Part shown: positions 54,096 through 64,000 of the stretch, piece by piece | Layout of the letters: each line of letters starts with the position of its first letter | How positions within the stretch are numbered: the stretch's first letter is position 1 | Assembly: GCA_019828565.1 (NCBI GenBank) | Contig: JAHDYR010000038.1 | Span: 78,735 to 142,734, forward strand | Length of the DNA stretch: 64,000 nt | Direction of reading: 5' to 3' | DNA from: Carpediemonas membranifera BICM | Taxonomy: Eukaryota; Protista; Fornicata | Notes under the pieces: generated by a model | Seen by the model: the letters and a program-made list of their open reading frames with translations, nothing else | Databases searched by the model: none | Told to the model about the DNA's origin: nothing | Made by a program: the position numbers and the translations under genes

Positions 54096-57000
54096 TGTCG
54101 TCGCTTCACGAGATGCACACAGCCTGGAGCCAGCTACGATCTGCGCAATATGATCTTAAAGTCGTAGTTGCAGAGCTCATGGCATCAGAGAGTGATGTAC
54201 ACTTCTTTAGACGGCTGTACGACCAAGCGAAGGCCGAAAAGGACGATGCGAGCGCCCGCTGCAAGAATTTGGAGGATGGGATGAGAGAACTAGAAGAGAG
54301 TTCGGCTCACAACAGTGAACTTGTCGGACAGCTCCAGGACTCGCGAGAGGAGCTGCAGAAGGCGATGCGCGACGGCAACGCGGAGCTCGACGAGGTGCGC
54401 GGGATGCTGCGGATGAGGGACAAGCGCATCGAGCAGCTTGAGGGCGAGCTCGACCTGCTGCACAGCACGAGCGTCGAGAAGTCGCGCGTCGCGGAGGAAG
54501 GCGAGAGCCGCGTCGGCGAGCTTTCGCGCCAGCTGCGTGAGCGCAACAGCGAGCTCGTGACAATCACGCAGCGTCTCGAGAAGCGCCAGGAGGACATCGG
54601 CAAGCTCCTCGCCGAGCGCGATGAGCTCCTCGACGAAAAGCAGCAGGCGCTCGCCACCGCCGAGGACGCCCGCGTGCGCCTCAACGACGCGATGTCCGAG
54701 CTGCGCAAGGTGCGGAGCAACTGGGAGGGCACCGAGAGTCAGCGCGACATCGTCGCCAAGGAGAGCGAGTCCCGCGCCCGCGAGCTCGCCGAGGCCCACA
54801 CCGACCTCAAGAAGGCAGAGGCCCAGCTCAGAGATACGCAGTCGGAACTTACCGACTCTCTAGCAGACGCCAAGAGCGCCCACGCCGAAGTCTACCGCCT
54901 CACTGCCTCCCAAGCAATTTACCAGGGAAGGATTGCCGACCTCCAGGCCAAGGCCAAGGACCTCGAGTCCCAGCTCCACGCAGTCTCAGACAAGCTGGAA
55001 GCCACGCGTGAGGCCAAGGTACAAGCGCTTTCAGACTTCGAGAACGCCACCGAGGCCGGGGTTTCTCTACAGGGCCGCGTGTCAGAGCTGCAGACCCAGT
55101 TGAAGCACGCAGAGGCCAAGTGCAAGGAGTACAAGGCTGAGCTGGCAGAGATGAGGTCGGCGAAGACCCGTGCCGTGTCAGATGTGTCGCGTCTTGCCGA
55201 GTCCCAGTCAGCGGTCGAAGAGCAGCTCGCAGATTCTCAAGAGCAGCTGAAGATAGCTGAGGCAGCACTCAGACAGACCAAGGATGAGCTCTCGGACATG
55301 AGAACAGCACGCAAACTCGTTTCCTCCCAGGCCGAGCGTCTGACCGAGACCAACATGGCGGCCCAGGCGAAGATTGAGGACCTGCAGTCCAGACTGGAGG
55401 CAAGCACTGCGGCGACGACCGAGCACAAGTCCTCTGTGGCCGAGTGGCAGGAGAAGTACGCCGAGCTCAGCAGCGAGCTCGGGCACTACCGCGGGACCAT
55501 GGAGACAGAGGTCAGTCGACTCAGGGCAGAGGCGGAGCGGCTTAGAAACTCGTCAGCCGAGCAGCAGTCATCGCGTGCAGCGTCAGAACAAGTGGCAGCC
55601 ACCCATGCGGCGCTTATCGACAAGCTGGAGTCAGAGTTGAGTCGAGTCACAGGACTGAAGGAGACCGCGGAGTCGAAGATCAGAGAGCTTGAGCAGAGCG
55701 CTGCGAGGTCGGCCGAGATCATGCAGCAGCTCCAGGACTCGCGAGAGGAGCTGCAGAAGGCGATGCGCGACGGCAACGCGGAGCTCGACGAGGTGCGCGG
55801 GATGCTGCGGATGAGGGACAAGCGCATCGAGCAGCTTGAGGGCGAGCTCGACCTGCTGCACAGCACGAGCGTCGAGAAGTCGCGCGTCGCGGAGGAAGGC
55901 GAGAGCCGCGTCGGCGAGCTTTCGCGCCAGCTGCGTGAGCGCAACAGCGAGCTCGTGACAATCACGCAGCGTCTCGAGAAGCGCCAGGAGGACATCGGCA
56001 AGCTCCTCGCCGAGCGCGATGAGCTCCTCGACGAAAAGCAGCAGGCGCTCGCCACCGCCGAGGACGCCCGCGTGCGCCTCAACGACGCGATGTCCGAGCT
56101 GCGCAAGGTGCGGAGCAACTGGGAGGGCACCGAGAGTCAGCGCGACATCGTCGCCAAGGAGAGCGAGTCCCGCGCCCGCGAGCTCGCCGAGGCCCACACC
56201 GACCTCAAGAAGGCAGAGGCCCAGCTCAGAGATACGCAGTCGGAACTTGTTGAAGTTCGCACAGCGAAAATCCAAGCTTTGACCGAGATTGACCGGCTGA
56301 ATGAAACCATCAATGCCACACAGACCCGCAACAACGAGCTCACTGCCCGGCTTGAGGCGGCCTCGTCGACCTCGACCGAGCACAAGGCCTCTGTGGCCGA
56401 GTGGCAGGAGAAGTACGCCGAGCTCAACAGCGAGCTCGGGCACTACCGCGGGACCATGGAGACAGAGGTCAGTCGACTCAGGGCAGAGGCGGAGCGGCTC
56501 AAGAATACTGTTGCCGACCATAAGGCGGCCAAGACTGCTGCTGAGAAGGTTGTCGATGATCTCAAGCGTACCCTCAAGATTTCCCGCAGTGAGATCGGCG
56601 ACCGCAATGACCGTGTCGCGTCCCTCGAGGAGCAGCTTAAGGGTCGGGAGGTCGAGCTCGAGCGGGCGCTGGGACAGCAGCAGGAGGCGGAGACCCGCCT
56701 GGGCGAGGTCAAGCGTCGTCTGGCAGAGACGGAGGATGAGCTCAAGAAGGCCACCGACGACCGCACCCAGCTCCAGACCTACACGGAGGAGCTATATCCG
56801 GAATACCGGAAACTCGTGTCAGAAAACGATGAACTCCGCCGCGAGCTCGGGCGACGCCATGATACGTCTGCCGCCGAGATCGAAGACCTTCTTATGGACG
56901 AGAAAAGCATGTCCAAGAAGGTCCAAGGAGAGCTCAGACAGGTCATCAGCACGCGAGATGGGCAGATCGAGGCTCTCAAGGCTGAGCTCGAGTCACTTTC

Positions 57001-57613
57001 CGAGTCGACCAGGCATGTGGAGCAGGTGGAGAAGGACTTGGAGGCCCAGCGAGGGCTTGTATCACATCTTAGAGACGAGGTGGAGAAGCTCCAGAGCGAG
57101 CTGGCGCTGGCTACCGATCTCCCCGTACAGACCAGCGAGGACTCGATGGAGGCCGCCCGTGCTGCGGCAGAAGACAGCCTCCGCAAGACCAGGAAGATAC
57201 GGGAGCTCCAGGCCACTGCGCGGTCCTTTGGCGAGAACGAGGCGGCGCTCGTGAGCAGGGTGACCAAACTCACGGACGTGCTCGAGGCCACGACTGCGGC
57301 GCTGGAGAAGGAGAAGGAGCGCGCGGCCGAGGCCGAGAGCCAGGCAGCGGAGGCGGGTGAGCGTGAGGCATCGCCATGGCGGGAGAAGTACAACACCCTG
57401 TTGGAGCGACACCGGCGGCTGCAGGATGACGCCCGTGTGCTCAACGACGGTCTTCGGCGGGCTGCCAAGGTAGTCGGCGCGGACCTTGACCGCCTCAGGT
57501 CAGCTACCAGTGAGCAGGGCCGGCGGATACACCACCAGAGTATTGAGATTAACGCTTTGAACGGGGGGTTGGCGCAGCTCCGGTCAGCGCTGAAGGGGGC
57601 GCATAAGAGGTGA
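54096..57613 (+). CDS. Giant coiled-coil protein with internal duplications
   Basis: About 1170 aa of heptad sequence; 54329-54850 is repeated at 55727-56248. Confidence 0.8.
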
Positions 57614-57791
57614 TGTGGTGTTGCCATGTTGTAAGTTTAGCTGTGTATAAACATGCTTGGATGGCTGTTGATCGCTGAAGCAAGCGCATCCTTCCACCTT
57701 GATTCTTCGCAGTTTATGCGGCTTCGAACGACAAAATGTCGACTGAGATCCTGATCTGTATGCAATCAATTGACTGAGTTTGACACAACAA

Positions 57792-58472
57792 ATGACCAAT
57801 TGGGCCAAAGCAGCTCAGACGCTGCATCTCCGATTCTACAATATCAAGCAACACAACAATGAGGTTCCTTCAGCCGCAAAAAACGCCAGCAAGCAAGCAA
57901 GCAACCAGAAACTCAATGGAATCAACTTGGAGAATCCAGTGATACGTGCCATTCAAGAGAAAGCCTTCAACAAGCGTGTCGACACTGAAAGGAGCAACAC
58001 CCTTGAAGATCGCGTCAAGACGTCAGAGTTTGAATGCAGGTCCACGACTGATACCAATTTCTCGCCATCTCCCTTGCTCTCCACAGCTTTTGGCCGCCTG
58101 TTTGAGAAGTTCGACGAGATGGATGGTGTGAAAGGACGTCCATGCGAGACGACATACAGCTTCGACACTTGCGAGACGTTCCGTTATCTTGGCGAGGTTG
58201 ACACGACTAACCCAACTCTAGATCGGGAGTGGATTGAGTCTGATTCATCCAATCGCAACACACCAGAGCCCGATAAGCGGCATGGACGGAAAGAGACAGA
58301 CCTTCAGCCCATTTGGTTTAGCGTTGCAGTCTTTATCGTCATGTATATGTTGATGACCATCATTCCCGGCCGAGTCACTCCATACCACCGAAGTAACTAC
58401 ACATTTGACTCAATCATTGACACCAGAAACGTACCCAAGAATAGCCCACCCATCGACGCCACTATTGAGTAA
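57792..58472 (+). CDS. Hypothetical single-TM protein
   Basis: ORF with hydrophobic segment IWFSVAVFIVMYMLMTII. Confidence 0.5.
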   Translation: MTNWAKAAQTLHLRFYNIKQHNNEVPSAAKNASKQASNQKLNGINLENPVIRAIQEKAFNKRVDTERSNTLEDRVKTSEFECRSTTDTNFSPSPLLSTAFGRLFEKFDEMDGVKGRPCETTYSFDTCETFRYLGEVDTTNPTLDREWIESDSSNRNTPEPDKRHGRKETDLQPIWFSVAVFIVMYMLMTIIPGRVTPYHRSNYTFDSIIDTRNVPKNSPPIDATIE

Positions 58473-58556
58473 ATATCCATAGATATGGTCGGTTTCCCTA
58501 TCTCTACTAGCCATTTATAGCCAAGCATGACATGTACAAGAAACTAATAAACCGCC

Positions 58557-59756
58557 TCAAATCGCAGGATAACGCACAGCATACTGCTGCTCCGCGTACC
58601 CCCTCTTCTCCTGCCCACATGGCCCCGCAACCTCGCCGCAGGCGCTTGTGCTCTCGGACTTGGCCGCCGAGGCAGTTTCAGCCTCCTCAGAGCGCTGGGC
58701 GTCCTCCTCCTCAGCAGCAGAGGCAGCACCGTCCGAGGTCGACCCAGACTCGAGATCCGCTTCTCCAGCGGCCTTGCGCTTTCTCTTCTCTTCCTTGAGA
58801 ACACGGTCGATTTGGAACTTGACTACGAGACTTGCACCAATCGCCATGACGATGGAGAACACCACGCCGACGACCATGATGGCTGTTTGGATAACACCGC
58901 CGTCCGTGAGGTCGCCGGAGATGACCTTGGCGAGAGAAGAGGCCGTGCTGCCGAAGTAGACGTAGAACGACTCCTCGGGTAGCAGGACAGTGGCCGTGGC
59001 GAGGAGGAAGTGCCAGTACTTGACGCCAGAGACCGAGAGCATGTACGTGACGAGGACGATGGGCAGGAGCGGGCACAGGCGCAGCATGATCGCAATCTTG
59101 AAGCTGGAGCGCGTCACAGCGGTCTCAAGAGCGTGGAAAAACTTGTTGTCCTTGAACTTCTTGCGCATGGAGCGTGCAAGGACGTAACGGGCAAGGAAGA
59201 AAGAGCCGGACGAGCCGATGATGTGGGAGATGTGGCCGGCGATGATGCCCTTCCAGAAGCCGAGCAGGAAGCCAGCGAAGGTGAGGGTGAACGTGGGCGG
59301 GATGGAGACAAAACATGTGGCTGTCTGGAAGAAAAAGAAGAAAAGTGGCGCCCACCAGCCTAGGCTCTGGATGAAGCCGAACACAGCCTCCCACACGAAC
59401 GAAGGGATGAGGTAAAAGCCGAGCAAAACGGCCGCTACCACCACAATGATCACGGTGCCCTTGCACAGAGTCTTTGGATTCGTGAGCATGCGAATCCAGT
59501 GCTTCTTCTTGGTAATCTTTTCAACAGTGTTGGTGTCTAGCTCCGCTTCAGCTAGAATGTCGAAGGTCGATTGTCTCACGACCGCGCCGACAGCGAAATC
59601 AATGCTTGCACCCGCAATGGTTTCAGCCTCGGTAAGGTAGTTGTTCGTGCGCTCAGTTTCGTCACCAAAGTAGTCTACTGAATGTTCTCGCTTGTGGCGC
59701 ACCGACATTGCTTTTGGATCCCTTGCGATCTCGATGGCGCATAACCTGCAACTCAA
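58557..59756 (-). CDS. TVP38/TMEM64 (VTT/DedA) family membrane protein
   Basis: AGFLLGFWKG, GSSGSFFLARY, MLRLCPLLP and YVYFGS. The start is uncertain. Confidence 0.88.
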   Translation of the reverse strand: MSCRLCAIEIARDPKAMSVRHKREHSVDYFGDETERTNNYLTEAETIAGASIDFAVGAVVRQSTFDILAEAELDTNTVEKITKKKHWIRMLTNPKTLCKGTVIIVVVAAVLLGFYLIPSFVWEAVFGFIQSLGWWAPLFFFFFQTATCFVSIPPTFTLTFAGFLLGFWKGIIAGHISHIIGSSGSFFLARYVLARSMRKKFKDNKFFHALETAVTRSSFKIAIMLRLCPLLPIVLVTYMLSVSGVKYWHFLLATATVLLPEESFYVYFGSTASSLAKVISGDLTDGGVIQTAIMVVGVVFSIVMAIGASLVVKFQIDRVLKEEKRKRKAAGEADLESGSTSDGAASAAEEEDAQRSEEAETASAAKSESTSACGEVAGPCGQEKRGYAEQQYAVRYPAI

Positions 59757-59971
59757 AGAGAAGCTAAATATAGCGAGCCGACCTCTTAAATCCGACTATG
59801 CCACTCAGTACCGCCACTATGCGCCCAATGCCCCTTTGTTCGCACATCACCGCCACCCTTTATCCACCAGATCGGGAAACAAATTCTTGATTTTGTCCGA
59901 ATCAACCACACCGACTGTGTGACTAAAGTCATTCCAACCGCCCATGCGACGAATAAAAGTAACGTGTTTAT

Positions 59972-60994
59972 CTACATCCGCCCCGCCGTCTTCCCAAATC
60001 TGCTCCGGGCGGCCGTATGCATGCTGCTCCAAGAGAACGCACTAACGCCCACAGTCGGCTTGCGGAAGATGAGGTCGGAGTTCGTAGCCTCCGAGACAAG
60101 CCTCGCCTGCATCTCCTTGGTGTCGGAGTAGAGCTGCTTGGCGGGCACCGCCTTGAACTCGACAGCTTCCTCCTCCACGGGTTCTCGTGAGTTGGCCCTC
60201 TCGGCATCGGACAGGGTCCTGGGAGACCCTTGGGGCTCAATGGAGACGTCGCTGTCGCTTTCACTGGGCTCATCTTCAGTGGGTCTCGTCCAGCCCTTGG
60301 CGGGGGGCATCTCCTCGACAGAGAGCTCGTCAGAGGACGATGATGACTCCACAGCCACCTCCTCAACCTCCTCTGAGCTGGAGGAAGAGCTGCCGCTGTC
60401 GTACGCTGCCTTTGAGGCGACATACTCCTCATCCGAGTCTTCCCCGGCCCCGCTCTTTGGCGAGACACTCGGGAACACGTGCCGCTGCTCCTGAAGGGGA
60501 CCTTGCTGCTGGGGCATCCCGGTCATTCCCTGTACATAGCCTGGGCTCGGCCCGAAGAAGCCTTGCTGGGGCTGGGGCTGGGCCATACCAGTAATGGGCG
60601 GTGTCCCTTGCCACAGGGGCATGGGCATGGGCTGTTGCTGCTGGCCAGGACCCATCATGGGGAATGGCATGCCCGGGGAGAAGTAGGGCATCGGGATAGG
60701 CATGGGGTAACCGGGCGGTGGCATGGCGACGTTCGGAGAATAAAAGGGCATGGGCATGTATCCCATGCCTGGAGGAGCAACACCGGGATACGGAACAGCC
60801 ATATTTCCCTGATGCACTTGCGATTCGTCCTCAGAGTCTGAGGATGAAGAGTTAGAATACTCTGTGTATGATTCGTCGTCAGATTCGTTGTGAATAGGCT
60901 CCTTCTCTTCCTCTTCATCCTCATAGAGAGGACGCTTCGCAAATAAACGTCCAAACCATCCGGGACTGTCCGCACTCTTGCGCTTTTCCGCCAT
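59972..60994 (-). CDS. Low-complexity Pro/Met/Gln- and Ser/Glu-rich protein
   Basis: Long ORF with PMP-rich and acidic tracts. Confidence 0.55.
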   Translation of the reverse strand: MAEKRKSADSPGWFGRLFAKRPLYEDEEEEKEPIHNESDDESYTEYSNSSSSDSEDESQVHQGNMAVPYPGVAPPGMGYMPMPFYSPNVAMPPPGYPMPIPMPYFSPGMPFPMMGPGQQQQPMPMPLWQGTPPITGMAQPQPQQGFFGPSPGYVQGMTGMPQQQGPLQEQRHVFPSVSPKSGAGEDSDEEYVASKAAYDSGSSSSSSEEVEEVAVESSSSSDELSVEEMPPAKGWTRPTEDEPSESDSDVSIEPQGSPRTLSDAERANSREPVEEEAVEFKAVPAKQLYSDTKEMQARLVSEATNSDLIFRKPTVGVSAFSWSSMHTAARSRFGKTAGRM

Positions 60995-61855
60995 CTCGTT
61001 TCCGCGAAATGATGTCGTCAAAAATCAATTGATTTTGAATGCTCACTTGTAGTTTCACCAGAACTCGGATATTTAGATCAGCACCTCAACGGCAGAACTC
61101 CCCAACAGTGTCTCCACCATGGCCACCGCACTTTAAGACACACTACCCCACCTTGATCTGGATGAGCGGCTGCGAAGCTAATGTCTTACTTACTGCGAGC
61201 AGACTGCTTCGTTAGATTCTTGTCAACAAAATCAGATTTGAGTGGCTCTCTGACAAAATTGACAATTCTCGGAACAAGAACAGATATGGGCAATACAGAG
61301 GGCATTGGAGCCAACGAAGGAATGACCTACTCCAATTGTGTGGCAAGCGGAGATCCTGATGTACCGACTGGTGTGAACAGGCATGCACCGGGGCTCTAGA
61401 GAGCGTGTCACCCCACCGGCCGGAATTCGTGGCCAACAGAGATGTTAAACGCATTCTTGGAGGTCATTTGATGGACATTGCGCATCCATTAGCACATATT
61501 CAATCACAGATACTTGTGGCGGAGATGCATTGATCATCGCGATGTGAGATATAACCGAGATATGACCGATGTTCGGGCATGAAAGGCTCAGACGTGAGAC
61601 TAACTGACCATGCTACGAACCGGGCAGGGTGAGTTGACCCTAGCCGGATTCCCAACCAAGTATGGTCTTGTGATAGACGCACACCACATGGCCGAAGCTA
61701 CACTGCTTAGTGCCATGTAGCCTGGCGGTGAGGATACTTCCTGTGGTTGTGAGTGACCTCGCAAGCCGCGCCACGAAGAAGTAGCCCCGAGCGACCGACG
61801 GGGGACCCCGTTCTGATTGCACCCACATCACACATACCACACCCGTCTTTATACG

Positions 61856-62869
61856 TCACTCCTTGTTCACAGTGCCCTCGCCCCACGGCCTGAACCAGTG
61901 GCAGGAGTAGCCCATGGGGTTTCTCTCGAGATAGTCCTGGTGTTCGGGCTCTGCTTTGCTCCAATTCCGGTCGGGCTCGATTGTTGTGACAATGGGCTTG
62001 GCCCACTTCGACGAAGCTTCAGCAATGGCGGCTTTCGCCTCCTGCTCTTGCTCTGGGGTCGAGAAGAAGATGGCAGACCGGTAGCTGGTTCCCCGGTCGT
62101 TCCCCTGGCGGTCCTTCGTTGTCGGGTTGTGGGCCCTGAAGAAGTGGTTCACAAGCAGCTCCCGCAGGCTGACTTTGGCTGGATCGAATGTAACACGGAC
62201 CGCCTCGGCGTGGCCGGGATGTCTGCGGTACGTCGCCCCCTTGTTCTCCCCGCCAACATAGCCGCACACGGTCGAGACCACACCAGGAACCTGCCGCAGC
62301 AAGTGCTCTAGCCCCCAGAAACAGCCGCCAGCCAGAGTGATCGTGGCCATGGACCCTTCGTGGGTCGACTCCTTCCTTTCAGTCCCAGCGGCAGAGTCTA
62401 GGTACTCTCCATACCCTTCCTTGGCCATCTCAGCGAGCGGTATAAACCGCAGAGCTGCCGCGTTGATGCAGTATCGCTGGCCGCCCAGCTCTCTTGGCCC
62501 GTCGTTGAAAACATGCCCGAGATGAGAATCCGCAGTTTTAGACCTGACCTCGACCCTGGTCATGCCGTGGCTCGTGTCCTTCTTCTCCTCGACCTCGGTG
62601 TCGTCGATGGTGCGGGCGAATGCTGGCCATCCACAGTGGCTGTCGAACTTGTCGGCAGAAGAGAAGAGAGGGACGCCAGAGACAACGTCTACGTATATTC
62701 CCGGAGCGAATGACTCCTCTGTGGAGAATGGAGGCTCGGTGCCTGCCTTTTGAGTGACGTTGAAGGCCATTGGTGAGAGCTTCTTTGATAGCTCTTCGAC
62801 AGATGGTTTGACAAATGATTGCTTGAACTTCTGGCCAAGCAAACTGCTGATCATACTTGTTGGCTTCAT
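61856..62869 (-). CDS. msrAB: Methionine sulfoxide reductase MsrB-MsrA fusion
   Basis: MsrB GTEPPF, CGWPAF, HLGHVF and RYCIN; Msr[22 protein letters not shown] and AEPEHQDY. Confidence 0.93.
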   Translation of the reverse strand: MKPTSMISSLLGQKFKQSFVKPSVEELSKKLSPMAFNVTQKAGTEPPFSTEESFAPGIYVDVVSGVPLFSSADKFDSHCGWPAFARTIDDTEVEEKKDTSHGMTRVEVRSKTADSHLGHVFNDGPRELGGQRYCINAAALRFIPLAEMAKEGYGEYLDSAAGTERKESTHEGSMATITLAGGCFWGLEHLLRQVPGVVSTVCGYVGGENKGATYRRHPGHAEAVRVTFDPAKVSLRELLVNHFFRAHNPTTKDRQGNDRGTSYRSAIFFSTPEQEQEAKAAIAEASSKWAKPIVTTIEPDRNWSKAEPEHQDYLERNPMGYSCHWFRPWGEGTVNKE

Positions 62870-63094
62870 TTCGATGAGTTGAGTTTTGTTTGCCTCGCGG
62901 CTGTCATGTTGCCCTGTAAGAATAGTTTTTCCAACGAGCTGTCTGAAGCACAGATCCGCGGGCAGGGCGACTGAGCACCATGAGAGCCACCGACTTAGCC
63001 TCTTTATGCAGAAATTTGTGCGCGCGCAAAAATGCGTAGGGGCGCATCATCTCAGGGCAAGGCAGTGCCGGCGTCAATCAGCTAGCAACAACGA

Positions 63095-64000
63095 ATGGCA
63101 CCAGCAGACGGCGATATCACGCAGTATTTCGGGAAAGTACCCGCCAAGGGGAAGAAGAAGGCGGCAAAGAAGGTCGATAATCATCTCATCGAGGAAGAGA
63201 AGGCGTTCAAGGAAAACGAAAAGAACATCGGAGCTGGCGAGCAGGATGAGGACCTCGACACACCCTATGGCGCTGCCAAGGTGAGCCACATGAAGTTTGT
63301 TTCCTTCAACGTCAACGGAATCCGCGCTGCTCTCAAGAAGGGCATCCGCTACTACGTCAAGAAGGAGCAACCGGACATCATAGCATTCCAGGAGACCAAG
63401 ATCCACTCAACGAAGATCCATGAGATTCCCTTGGATCACACGAACTCTCTGATTGACGGATACAAGGTTGAGTGGCTCAGTGCGGATCGCCCTGGCTACA
63501 GTGGTGTGGCCATCGCGTACAAGGAGGAGCTTGACGGCAAGCTGACTTTCAAGCGCCGTATCGGGCTGGATCACGCCATGGATACCGAGGGGCGTGTGAT
63601 GACCGTACTGGGGCCAGGGTTTGCCCTCGTAGCATGCTATACCCCTAACTCTGGCAGCAAGGACAGTTCCACAGGTTGGCCAGCGCGGCTTGATGAGCGG
63701 GTTGAGACCTGGGATGTCAGTTTTAGGAATTATGTTAATTCTTTGAGAGAGGAGGGGAGAGTCGTGTTGGTAACAGGTGATCTGAACGTAGCACATGAGG
63801 AGATCGACATCAAGAACCCCAAGACCAACACCAAGAGCGCTGGGTTCACGCCACGTGAGCGCGAGTCCTTTACCGCCCTGCTCGACAGCGGGTTCATCGA
63901 CACGTTCAGGGCACTGTACCCTAAGAAGGTGAGGTACACTTGGTGGTCATTCAGGACGAACGCCCGTGCCCGTAACATCGGCTGGAGACTTGATTACTTC
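63095..64000 (+). CDS. APEX1: AP endonuclease / exonuclease III, runs off the window
   Basis: SFNVNGIRA, FQETK, GYSGVA, EGRV, YTPN, GDLNVAH and YTWWS..NIGWRLDYF. Confidence 0.93.
   Translation, partial: MAPADGDITQYFGKVPAKGKKKAAKKVDNHLIEEEKAFKENEKNIGAGEQDEDLDTPYGAAKVSHMKFVSFNVNGIRAALKKGIRYYVKKEQPDIIAFQETKIHSTKIHEIPLDHTNSLIDGYKVEWLSADRPGYSGVAIAYKEELDGKLTFKRRIGLDHAMDTEGRVMTVLGPGFALVACYTPNSGSKDSSTGWPARLDERVETWDVSFRNYVNSLREEGRVVLVTGDLNVAHEEIDIKNPKTNTKSAGFTPRERESFTALLDSGFIDTFRALYPKKVRYTWWSFRTNARARNIGWRLDYF

Noticed and set aside
61050-61850. Possible ncRNA or small gene in the ~800-bp gap
   Set aside because: Only short ORFs and one weak hairpin (~61620-61647); no recognisable family.
63095-64000. 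APE domain as another LINE ORF2
   Set aside because: It has cellular ExoIII/APE1 motifs (GDLNVAH, YTWWS, NIGWRLDYF) and a basic N-terminal extension, so it is a host repair gene.

Overview
Eukaryotic, GC-rich, gene-dense DNA from a flagellated protist. It has 28-41 nt GT-AG introns and flagellar genes; a metamonad/fornicate such as a Carpediemonas-like organism is plausible but cannot be confirmed here. Bases 1-27.3 kb are a nested retroelement cluster: (i) two divergent APE-type non-LTR (LINE) families whose very large ORF1 contains a Maelstrom / arenavirus-NP-like DEDDh nuclease domain with an E-C-H-C zinc site, and which share a covarying structured RNA between ORF1 and ORF2; (ii) tandem tyrosine-recombinase retrotransposons with split direct repeats; (iii) a chromodomain Ty3/gypsy element with 53-bp LTRs; (iv) a CRE-like RLE non-LTR element; (v) a tRNA-Ala(AGC) gene; (vi) short stitched TE fragments. 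Bases 27.3-64 kb are mostly host genes: FAM221, cyclin-Y-like, U-box, DRC11/IQCA1, a Cys-rich surface protein, C1a-32, a CBM48-NTase fusion, RNASEH2C, WD40, C2H2, MVD, calflagin, TFIIH p44, CEPT, a giant coiled-coil, TVP38, an MsrB-MsrA fusion and APE1. This region also holds an internally deleted CRE element and a Fanzor (TnpB-like) gene with an intact RuvC triad. The best candidate for an undescribed system is the LINE family carrying a MAEL/NP-like exonuclease in ORF1. Many frameshifts sit in homopolymer runs and may be assembly errors. All homology calls come from motif recognition by eye, not from database searches.
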